DNA of 64,000 nt from Ostreococcus lucimarinus (Eukaryota): the NCBI GenBank assembly GCA_000092065.1, contig CP000585.1. One strand, 5' to 3'. Made by a program: the position numbers and the translations under genes. Under the pieces are notes generated by a model. That model was given only the letters and a program-made list of their open reading frames with translations, was not told the DNA's origin and made no database searches. This document shows positions 9,301 through 16,022 of the stretch, piece by piece; the first letter of the stretch is position 1; each line of letters opens with the position of its first letter.

Positions 9301-12300
9301 TTAACAAGCCTCCCGTGCCGCGGGGTGCGTTGCCCGAGGCGCCGAGTGACGAGGAAATCGTCGAACAGGTATTTTCAGATCAAGTGGCGTTGGATAGGGT
9401 CACTTTATCAGTCAAGCATAAACGCGTCGAAGAGAAAGACTTTACGGATGACACGACAGTTATCGTAAACGGTGCCGTACTGTTCCCCAGGGATCTCGTC
9501 GAACAATCCAACGACTGCGGACTCTTCAAGGCGACTATTGAAGTATTCGAACCCGAAGGAGAAGTTGAGGAATACCATACGGATGAGCGAGGCTTCTTCA
9601 AGTTTGCTCTCACTCGTGGGAAAACGTTCAACATACGCCCAAAATACAAGAATCACACGATATGCTACGCTGGCAAAACCATAGAGAACGCTGTCGAAGA
9701 CGTGCACACATGCAAAGGACGCAGCGTGGTCAAGACGCTTCCAAACGTTCAAGATGGCAACTTTGTATTTTTCACCGACGTCACGCGAGGTGTCATCGAC
9801 CTTGGACTATACCACGGAGAGTGTGAACGGCGATACAGCGGTGCTGTGTTTAAGATCACGCCGATCAATGGATGCCACGCTCCAAAGTTTGTGAAGAGCG
9901 AAGAAGTTGAAGGGTGGAATGTCGCAAACACCGGGATGAGTGAGGACGCTAAATTTTGGCCGTTCGCCGCCATGGATTACTCGATCAAGCTCGTGTCGGG
10001 GCCTGACGTGAATGGCATCCAACCGTTGATTGAGAATGAGCCGTGGGCGGACGGATGTGGTACGGAGCCTGGCTCGATGGTGGCTTTCTTTCGATCACGA
10101 AACGCCCATGAACGAATGGCGGCCATGCGCGACGACTACGATTTGGTGACAATTCGGTACAAGTATCACGGCTACATTTGCGTTGAGATCGTGGACATTC
10201 CCAAAATACGAGATCCATTGGAAGTCTGTTACGATCCAAACGAAGCGGACGGTAATCTCACGATTCAACATTTCCTCGGAACTACGACTTCCGAAGATTT
10301 GGGCAGCGTGAGCGGTCAGATTCTTCTCCAAGCGAAAGTGTTCGAATTGCATCTTGATCAAGTCGACGGCGAGCCTGTGCTTTCAAAATGCTTTGAAGCG
10401 TTACCTAACAAGGAAGCTCAGACGGGCAGCACTCTGCTCAGTTTCAGACAGTCGGTCACCGATGAAGACGACAATGAGTGCCATCCAAACCGAGGCGGCG
10501 GACCACTGTGTGATTTTGACACGACGATCGAGCCTGCGTCCGAACTCGTCATTTGGAATACAGACGGTGATACCAGCGTGGAGGTCGTCGCTGGTACGCC
10601 TAATCTCGCCGGTAATCATCGACGAACTGTGGAATTCACCATCAAGCGCTTCGATACGTACAAACTCGTCACCGCGTACGCAAAGCGTGAGCTCATACCT
10701 CTGGGCTCGAAACCTCGAGGAGAAGGGCTCTTCGGACCGGACAGTGACGATGTCTACTGGGCGACTGTGCCTTTGGAGGGTTTGGTCTACACCGTCGTGC
10801 ACGATCCACCCGGTGGTCTCTCGTACGCGGAATTATCGACGGGCTCTCAAATTGGACTTCAGTTTGACTTGGTTGGGAAACGTATGGCGAGCGAGGGCAA
10901 AGGTGGGGCGTCGAAGAAACAACTTCCCGAAATCGATAAGTCCGTCGATGTTGGTTTCAACGCCGGATGGATCGCCGAAGGTTCTTTGTCGACGGACCTG
11001 CATTTGATCTCGTCAAAAGGCGAGTTCAAAACTAAAACGGATGGTCCAACGATGCGTATAACGAGCAAAGAAGACAAGGGGTGGAGTCTCGAAACCACGA
11101 CAGAACGAACGATTCGTTCGAGCAAGGACGCAGGTACTCCTGGGAGAGCAGGCGATGTCATTCTCGGCGGTGGTATCGAGCTCGTGTACAAAATATCGGA
11201 CATCTTGGATGTCGTAAACGATGTTCGAACACTCAAAAAGCCTTGCTTGTACGTGTATGGCGAAATCACGTGGTTACCGCGAAAGCCGACGTCGTACATC
11301 ATGAGCGTCGCGTCGATCGAGACACAAGTCATGCCTAATCTGTACTACTTGCGAACGTTGGTGCAGGAAGGTGGCATCGAAGCAGACGGGTCGGAAATGT
11401 TTTATGACTGCGCTTCCGGCGCGACGAGTAAAGAAATGACCAAGTGCACGAAAGAGGATCAAATCGAAGCTTGGATGCAATATCTCGACAACAAGATTGA
11501 CCTTTGGCGTCGAACACTTGAATGGTCTTCTCCGAAAGTGTTCACCATCGATGAGGGTGGTGTGAAGACGAAGTTTTACGAAGCCATCGAGAGAATCACA
11601 AAACCGGCGTCTGATGGTGGTTTTATGCACACGAACTACAAAGTCCAGGTGGAACAATTCAAGAAGGCGTACGCCAGACCGATTAAGGATATTATCGAAG
11701 AGGTCGGCAGTGCTTGGGATTCAAGTTTCTTCATGATGCCTTTCAACGGTATCGGCCCACCACCGTTTTTTGACGACCCGAGAGTAATTGGTGGCGTGGA
11801 TTGGATGCTTGATTCGCGGTACTGGGAGTATGGTAAAGGCGACACAGCTACGTACAGTAGAATCCGTGGGATTACACCTCGGACGGATTCTGACGCGAGA
11901 ATCGCCGCTTTTGCCTCCTTGGATGCCATTGTCAATACCGGAGGCATCATCGACACGGTGACGAAGAATTTAGACGCGCCGAAGAAACTCGCCGCCCGTC
12001 GCAAGGCGGCTGCCGCCGCTGCTGCTAAGATAAGTAAATCGTATGCTGCTAAGCAAAGGCTATTAAAGGCGGCCTCTAAATGGAAAAGTCTTGCAAAGAA
12101 ACCACCGCCGGGATTCATCACGAGATCCGCCCAAAAGCTCACGGCGGCCAAGAACATGGCCACAAAGGCGGCCAAGACCACAGCCGGACAAGTTGCGGGC
12201 GCCATCTTGCTCAGCGCGGCGGTAGCGGGCGCAGTCGCAGCTGGCCCGGCGATGGATCAGATGGGCTACAAGTATGCCGCCTATCCACGCAAGTATTACG

Positions 12301-14834
12301 AGGATGGCATACCGGCATTTGAAGAAAACTTCTTCGACGATGATTCTGGAGTGCTCACAAAAGAAGACCAAGCCAAAGATGAAGACGGGATGCGAGGAGC
12401 CTATACGTGGGGGATGTTCAGTTCGGCGACGAACGATTTGTTGCGACAATTTAAAAGTTGTGCCGGGAGAGAGTGCAATCGCGATGATATCAGAGTCGAA
12501 ACGCTGTCGATGAGCAACACATCTTTCGGCGAAGACTACTTACTTTGGAACACAAATGACGCACCTGATGTGTCGCGGAGGGTCGTGGCGTCCTTCACGG
12601 GTGGACAAGCTGCTACGGGTATGAATGTGACGACGAACGTGAACGCTACAGACGGTGTACCCGACAAGGGGACGTTATTATTGACGTTCGGCGGCGGTGG
12701 TCACACCGCAGATTATTCATTTTCTTCGAATGAAAAGATTGCAGATCTTCACACCAGCCTCGGTGTTCAACTGTCAGCAAAGCAGTCCAACAAATACAAA
12801 CTCAAACTCGGAGGCTTGCTCGGCTCGACCGTTCAACTTGCCATGGCGCTCGGCGGGGTGGACGATGAGGCTGTCTATACCTTCAAAAAGTCATTCGCTG
12901 AAGATCGAACGTTCGCTTGGAACAGACACGCCTCTCTGAAAACGTTGTACAGTCTAGGTGACGCTCAACTCGGAGATAAGTTTGTCGTGCAGGTTGGAGA
13001 AGACGTGCGCTTTGGTACGCCGGTGTTCATCACAAAGGGTGGCAGAAGCTCGTGTCCCGGTGAACCTTTGACGATGTTTCGACAGGCGGGCTTTTCCTTA
13101 TCCAAAGAAACTTCGTTTAACGAAAATCTGAATCCTGATGAAAGTGCTTTGTTACACTTGAAATTGACCAACGAGTCGCCGTACAAGGAAACGTTTCCGC
13201 TCGGAATGCGCATTGTTGACGGTCTCGTGATGTCGGTCCACAAAGTGATTCAGGACATGTACGAAACGCTGGCCAAGGAAGACGTGACAGGGTTGGACGT
13301 TTTGAAAGCCGTCGATAATTCGATCGCGTCGCTCGCTATCGGGAAAGATGCCGACGTCATCAAAACAATGAAAGAAAACGCGCGAGTGGCCGTGGAAGAA
13401 CACTCGGCGACAGCAGTGGACGTCGCAGCGGTGGTTGTACAAGCCTCGCGGAGAGCTCCACCAACGTTTGAAGACTTGCAGAACATCGAGTTCAGTATGG
13501 GTGGAGAGGAAGTATACTTTGGCGACGTATTACCTCTAAAATTTGTGGACGGTGAAGATTTGAAAGTTCAGAAGAAGGTACTTGAGACGTCTTTCGCGCT
13601 TACCGTGACGGCTGCGAGCCCGTCGAGTCTTCGACTGGAGCACGTCGCCGTCGTCGTCATGAGTTTATGCGAACACGAAATCAGCCTAATGTCAAAGTTC
13701 GGTCGAGAACCGATCAGCACGAACACTCTTCCGCTAGGATTGATGACGTGGAATCAAAAGTGTCCGAAAGTCGCCTTCGACGGTTCCACAGTGGCGGATT
13801 ACTTGTTCTCGAGCGTCTCATCTGCCACGCCCAAGCCACTCAAGTTGACCGTCTTCAATCCGGACGGAGCTTTGTTATGGCCTGGCTCTTCGGATGACGT
13901 CCGAGCTATCAACCCGAATCTTCGATTCGTTCGGTTGCAATATCGTCCCGCGAGCGGCGGCGAATGGATCACGGCAAAGTCTGAAGACAGCGATCCAAAG
14001 TTCAGTTACAAGAAAAACCTGTTATGCGACGGGTCACGTCTCGGTGGTTGCACTTTTGACTGGGACGTCAATAACCAGTACGAAAAGCTTCTCAGTGGCT
14101 TTAAGGATAACATTTACGAGTTGAGATTGAAGAACTTTTGCTTTGGCACGGAAAGTCGTCCGATCAGCGCCTTGGCGGACAGCACCGTTCACGAGTACGT
14201 CTCTGATCAAATCCTCACGCTCAGAGTGGACACCAAGACGCCGATTCCCGGCAGGTCGTATCCTTCGTTCAAGCGATTTTACACTGTCGAGTTCCCCGAA
14301 GCGATCGACTGCTCGGATCAAAAAGTTGCCATCACGAAGAAACGCGCATCCTGCGGAGACGACGGGCAAAGCGTCAATCAAGCCGTGAGCGAAGACGCAA
14401 TCAAGTCAGGCTTTGACTTCCAATGCTCCAATAACGAGGTTGGCTTCAAGTGGATGGTTGGATTTCCTAACACTGAAGTGGGTCAGTACGCCGTCGAAGT
14501 GAGCGGTGTTCGTGACGAAGCCGGGAACGCCGCCGCGCCGTTTACCTTCGTCATGGACGCGAACTGCGCGTCTTCTCAAAAGCTGTCCCTCGCGCGCTTC
14601 GGTCTAGGCGCGAAGAAACGGTCGACTGAGGAAACGGGCGATGTGCCAACGAGTGCATTTGACGTTCCAATCACATCGATGCCCGGCACGTGGGTTCTCG
14701 CGGGGTGCTGCCTCGTCGCCGTCTTCGCCGTCGTCGTCGGCGTTTTCCGTCGCGCGCCGCGCGTCGAGGACAAGGAAAAATCTCCACTCTCCTTTGTCGC
14801 CCGTCGACACCCGCCGTACGGCGCGGTGGTGTAA
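3324..14834 (+). CDS. Giant secreted type-I membrane glycoprotein (3,836 aa, single exon): signal peptide, 3 kringles, 3 TSP1 repeats, LamG/ConA-like segment, poly-Pro and SPPP repeats, EF-hand pair, large uncharacterised region, C-terminal TM helix
   Basis: Signal peptide MRRWRCVDAVVVGAALMLMATVTSALSA from ATG 3324. Kringle consensus: CDETLRGWRDEGYRGCQTRTRNGRTCQQWDSQSPHGHS..NYCRNPDGEPTIWCYTT..WEYC, three times. TSP1: WGSYTSCDALCGSGRKYKTY...GGRSCS, YWGQWSNECTPTCTSGRRYRWRY..., FGSWSTCSAKCGWGKRQKTFT.... EF loops: DFDGSGNVMRSE and DRDEDGVLDATE. Extensin-like: SPPPSPPPSPPPS. C-terminal TM: GTWVLAGCCLVAVFAVVVGVF then RRAPR. Confidence 0.85.
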   Translation: MRRWRCVDAVVVGAALMLMATVTSALSARGAGAHRDAEGEGDVGGVVDDAADASRGANETAGNDATAALGWGCDETLRGWRDEGYRGCQTRTRNGRTCQQWDSQSPHGHSRRNCAKGSCGRGNNYCRNPDGEPTIWCYTTNRNVRWEYCDPLPQPVHCAGRWGSYTSCDALCGSGRKYKTYTVTRNAQHGGRSCSYSNGAKHYADCTTSCAAPTVSIGNPLTRVASNTVDFGLSVKHSVACGGDCLTSAWSRRWMVKIFATVRKDGVSCSSYGAYLPCKRWDDFRDDTTHPSQLLGLTTDTGALDPGTYVIEYVAVLNHYITKQELSRTTGTHTFSIERGCESILPSASSDSGVENSELTKYVLLSADDFVRAPCDKLHDVRESIFRKYDTNPTDGVLDYDELDRAIREQGGDGYILKVWNQIRPLRLSLGHFMEAIVAPHTCASSESVQSVSFKSVVYPSTEAGRETTRKDCAKNAGAMAVDWGYGPKNPPKSGDTVCVFVDGVLFQVNEPKNTAPPHSKDHHSEVAGLWTLTKITDKRPVVGAIGDVQPSLVAQFTFDTEREIGDTVRSDRIFSAAPLASGEKARPYISYSGQHISACSGASGGQCIVARGDGFNYVGDSLGGAVAFSAWVRVAESSATTLIEFSGTDGQLRNSFTLVMDCSSSACTLRASYDSVGTGGNLAKKEISAPMRQWVLVGFTLSHNAGLKLFALPDDSTSTTTASHPSWPKDTLPKLPNIKLFSASRGGGQQHIDDVRLYAGVMDMEMFFIARDCGRGTLCAMRAHATPSHRRVVCVFTQVKGAKTGQPACAGALYYDGTAIDVRASMDLAGVFFEFRDTAWEEKSFEIERRAPAVNGNFDSKFDTVVLIEGGLKGCAAKFSSITYIDRDASYTPYSEWLYRITTKNPDSDDANEITYLLSPQLTFRTPWMSQIEGRVLAGASTEGVRNVRMCAEFDTFVTRTPATEDFQADVEYENLAAFKSVTHSNRAQTSTSYVVTDGDDAGKSSNVDANEHIRINLGSWASVSTVEVCHKRLESSATSMFSAHVQDYDPGKSTYFGHDCLMDSVRDVCDETLRGQGGIGYRGCQTKTRSGRTCQQWDSQSPHGHSNRNCAKGSCGNNYCRNPDGAPTIWCYTTDRYKRWEYCDPDPLPHACLTYTCKGTDVNSFHGQYVTVKALTKAQVTEIKVNGRKTKCKYTAVTDDDGEYAMDLKDTSGKLPVKATLHIGAYKEEIFPETTEVLIDSKRNAQGQYPVPKSQAHNVLLILRENFETSELGMLRNDRRTETTSSPHASANGVYVDEFAAMQELGYDEFENADEFENGLQNDQTEYDVHHDGGNETAGNNTTAALGWGCDETLRGWRHEGYRGCQTRTRSGRTCQQWDSQSPHRHSRRNCAKGSCGNNYCRNPDGEPTIWCYTTDRRKRWEYCNPLPQPVNCYGYWGQWSNECTPTCTSGRRYRWRYYRISRYPRHGGLSCSYKNGQKGWGYCPPKPCPVNCDGRFGSWSTCSAKCGWGKRQKTFTIHTAAAHGGQSCSHKNGYTVTENCYSQHCPPPPPPPPPPGAAEVEEFIEWVLLKGVESNRKGHVERTLTGSGWTAGAVSKRAIRGASDTVRGVSAVCKESTSQHRMIAMNSQSTADSTSYQSLDFAIYCFPWNSVSYVRVYERGKAFGNAAKAYSESAVVQIALNDAGKVEYFVDGLKLMTSDQTVTYPLHVDVSLHEQGASLEDVRWTRRVSSPPPSPPPSPPPSPPPSPPPPPPPSPPPPNHELEDVDFDGSGNVMRSELVDYIEAITISSEGGHVIITDDVWAKLDRDEDGVLDATEFKDVVNRIEAQQLVVEPIIVFPLQDAQYMYDFSMFQTSDDAANSGPRTGHVLEGGESCENLMIVRSRSATLPFGNAQWTKFYETLRDEQHRFECRNLSKIEVPAIDVGAVDSTYVIPVLAHKNGTNYLILDTTSVAVHTSNETKALDMMHRMTRDNFRLRVQAQKRLPDILHSFNKPPVPRGALPEAPSDEEIVEQVFSDQVALDRVTLSVKHKRVEEKDFTDDTTVIVNGAVLFPRDLVEQSNDCGLFKATIEVFEPEGEVEEYHTDERGFFKFALTRGKTFNIRPKYKNHTICYAGKTIENAVEDVHTCKGRSVVKTLPNVQDGNFVFFTDVTRGVIDLGLYHGECERRYSGAVFKITPINGCHAPKFVKSEEVEGWNVANTGMSEDAKFWPFAAMDYSIKLVSGPDVNGIQPLIENEPWADGCGTEPGSMVAFFRSRNAHERMAAMRDDYDLVTIRYKYHGYICVEIVDIPKIRDPLEVCYDPNEADGNLTIQHFLGTTTSEDLGSVSGQILLQAKVFELHLDQVDGEPVLSKCFEALPNKEAQTGSTLLSFRQSVTDEDDNECHPNRGGGPLCDFDTTIEPASELVIWNTDGDTSVEVVAGTPNLAGNHRRTVEFTIKRFDTYKLVTAYAKRELIPLGSKPRGEGLFGPDSDDVYWATVPLEGLVYTVVHDPPGGLSYAELSTGSQIGLQFDLVGKRMASEGKGGASKKQLPEIDKSVDVGFNAGWIAEGSLSTDLHLISSKGEFKTKTDGPTMRITSKEDKGWSLETTTERTIRSSKDAGTPGRAGDVILGGGIELVYKISDILDVVNDVRTLKKPCLYVYGEITWLPRKPTSYIMSVASIETQVMPNLYYLRTLVQEGGIEADGSEMFYDCASGATSKEMTKCTKEDQIEAWMQYLDNKIDLWRRTLEWSSPKVFTIDEGGVKTKFYEAIERITKPASDGGFMHTNYKVQVEQFKKAYARPIKDIIEEVGSAWDSSFFMMPFNGIGPPPFFDDPRVIGGVDWMLDSRYWEYGKGDTATYSRIRGITPRTDSDARIAAFASLDAIVNTGGIIDTVTKNLDAPKKLAARRKAAAAAAAKISKSYAAKQRLLKAASKWKSLAKKPPPGFITRSAQKLTAAKNMATKAAKTTAGQVAGAILLSAAVAGAVAAGPAMDQMGYKYAAYPRKYYEDGIPAFEENFFDDDSGVLTKEDQAKDEDGMRGAYTWGMFSSATNDLLRQFKSCAGRECNRDDIRVETLSMSNTSFGEDYLLWNTNDAPDVSRRVVASFTGGQAATGMNVTTNVNATDGVPDKGTLLLTFGGGGHTADYSFSSNEKIADLHTSLGVQLSAKQSNKYKLKLGGLLGSTVQLAMALGGVDDEAVYTFKKSFAEDRTFAWNRHASLKTLYSLGDAQLGDKFVVQVGEDVRFGTPVFITKGGRSSCPGEPLTMFRQAGFSLSKETSFNENLNPDESALLHLKLTNESPYKETFPLGMRIVDGLVMSVHKVIQDMYETLAKEDVTGLDVLKAVDNSIASLAIGKDADVIKTMKENARVAVEEHSATAVDVAAVVVQASRRAPPTFEDLQNIEFSMGGEEVYFGDVLPLKFVDGEDLKVQKKVLETSFALTVTAASPSSLRLEHVAVVVMSLCEHEISLMSKFGREPISTNTLPLGLMTWNQKCPKVAFDGSTVADYLFSSVSSATPKPLKLTVFNPDGALLWPGSSDDVRAINPNLRFVRLQYRPASGGEWITAKSEDSDPKFSYKKNLLCDGSRLGGCTFDWDVNNQYEKLLSGFKDNIYELRLKNFCFGTESRPISALADSTVHEYVSDQILTLRVDTKTPIPGRSYPSFKRFYTVEFPEAIDCSDQKVAITKKRASCGDDGQSVNQAVSEDAIKSGFDFQCSNNEVGFKWMVGFPNTEVGQYAVEVSGVRDEAGNAAAPFTFVMDANCASSQKLSLARFGLGAKKRSTEETGDVPTSAFDVPITSMPGTWVLAGCCLVAVFAVVVGVFRRAPRVEDKEKSPLSFVARRHPPYGAVV
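3507..3790 (+). repeat. Kringle-encoding DNA repeat, copy 1 (near-identical at nucleotide level to copies 2 and 3)
   Basis: The segment ggccgcgctcggctggggatgcgacgagacgctccgagggtgga...tgcgccaagggctcgtgcggg...aactactgcagaaatcctgacggcgaacccacgatctggtgctacacgacg recurs at 7343-7615, with few substitutions over >240 bp. Confidence 0.9.
6534..6770 (+). repeat. Kringle-encoding DNA repeat, copy 2
   Basis: Same unit: tgcgacgagacgctccgaggccagggaggcatagggtatcgagggtgccagacgaagacgaggagcggccgcacgtgtcagcagtgggattcgcagtcgccccacgggcactcgaaccgaaattgcgccaagggctcgtgcgggaacaactactgcagaaatcctgacggcgcacccacgatctggtgctacacgacggacag. Confidence 0.9.
7343..7615 (+). repeat. Kringle-encoding DNA repeat, copy 3
   Basis: Near-identical to copy 1, including 30 bp of upstream flank (gggaacaacacgacggccgcgctcggctgggga...). 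Confidence 0.9.
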
Positions 14835-14944
14835 ACGACGGCACAACACCACCGAAGCGGTCGTTCCCGAGATCATCACGAACGACGAATTTTGATTATA
14901 ATTTCCATGAAAACAAATTTTTACGACTTCACTCCGCGGGCGCG

Positions 14945-15946
14945 ATGATTCGAATCGTCACTCGCGCGCGCGACGCGGCGGCGTCGATGGGCGACGGCGC
15001 GACGACGACGACGACGCACCGGTTCGAGCGACGCGGTCTCGTCTTCGACGCGCGCGTGCGGCACGACGCCGAGGCGCGCGCGCTCGACGTCGCGCTGCGT
15101 CGCACCGACCGCGCGCGCGCGACGACGACGCGGTACGCGGGCGCGTTCGACGGCGCGTGGATCGAGCGCGTCGCGAACCGCGCGCGCGCGGCGACTTTCG
15201 ATCGACTTCGAATCGTCGACGGCGAGCGTCGCGCGCGGTCGGAGGCGGAGGCGGAGGCGGTGGGGCGGTTGGCGCGGGCGCTGCGACGAGGGATGGACGG
15301 CGGCGACGACGCGAGCGCGGCGGACGCGATGAGCGAAAAGACGCTGCGGCGGTTGCGGGACGGGCAAGACGCGGACGACGACGATGGCGTCGAGACGCGG
15401 TACGTGTTGATCGCGACGGAGATCGCGGAGGATGGGACGCGGACGCGCGTGCCGTTGCCGCTGGACCGCGTCGACGCGCGAATCGCGGCGGCGGCGGCGC
15501 GGTCGGGGAGGGACGAGACGAAAGCGAACGAGGACGCGGCGGCGCGGCTGAGGGATGCGTTGAGGGCCACGACGCGGGAGCGCGATGAGATGCGGCGCGC
15601 GTTGGAGCGACGAGCGAAGGCGCAGACCAGGGCGGCGTTGAAGGCGCAGGCGGCGGAGGCGAAGACGAAGGCGAAAATCGTCGAGCTCGAGGCGGAAAAC
15701 GAAGCGTTGCGCGAGAACGAAACGAAATTGAAGGTTAAAGTGCGCGATCTCGGGGCGACGTTGAAGTCGATACAGCGCACGCGAGGTGGCGCGGCGATCG
15801 CGGCGGCGCCGGTCGTCGGCCGCCGCGTCGTCGCGTCGCCGCCGCGACGCTCCTTCGTCGACGCCGGGGACGAAATGCTCGATGAAATCGACGCGAGATT
15901 GCACTCGCTGCAGACATTTCTGGCGCGCGCGAAGGACACGAAATGA
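14945..15946 (+). CDS. Hypothetical protein with N-terminal globular region and C-terminal coiled coil (333 aa from first ATG)
   Basis: ORF 14690-15946. The upstream part overlaps the 3' end of the giant gene, so the start was moved to ATG 14945 (MIRIVTRARD...). The C-terminal half has a heptad-like pattern: AKIVELEAENEALRENETKLKVKVRDLGATLKS. Confidence 0.5.
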   Translation: MIRIVTRARDAAASMGDGATTTTTHRFERRGLVFDARVRHDAEARALDVALRRTDRARATTTRYAGAFDGAWIERVANRARAATFDRLRIVDGERRARSEAEAEAVGRLARALRRGMDGGDDASAADAMSEKTLRRLRDGQDADDDDGVETRYVLIATEIAEDGTRTRVPLPLDRVDARIAAAAARSGRDETKANEDAAARLRDALRATTRERDEMRRALERRAKAQTRAALKAQAAEAKTKAKIVELEAENEALRENETKLKVKVRDLGATLKSIQRTRGGAAIAAAPVVGRRVVASPPRRSFVDAGDEMLDEIDARLHSLQTFLARAKDTK

Positions 15947-16022
15947 TTAGATTAGACTACTAGTGTGAATTAGAGACGGCGACAAAATGATGCTAAGCTA
16001 AACGCTACTGTACGTGCTACGT

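Noticed and set aside
14921-15939. Two ~330-aa minus-strand ORFs
   Set aside because: They are antisense to the coiled-coil gene 14945-15946 and are extremely R/A/P/S-biased. The typical high-GC antisense artefact.
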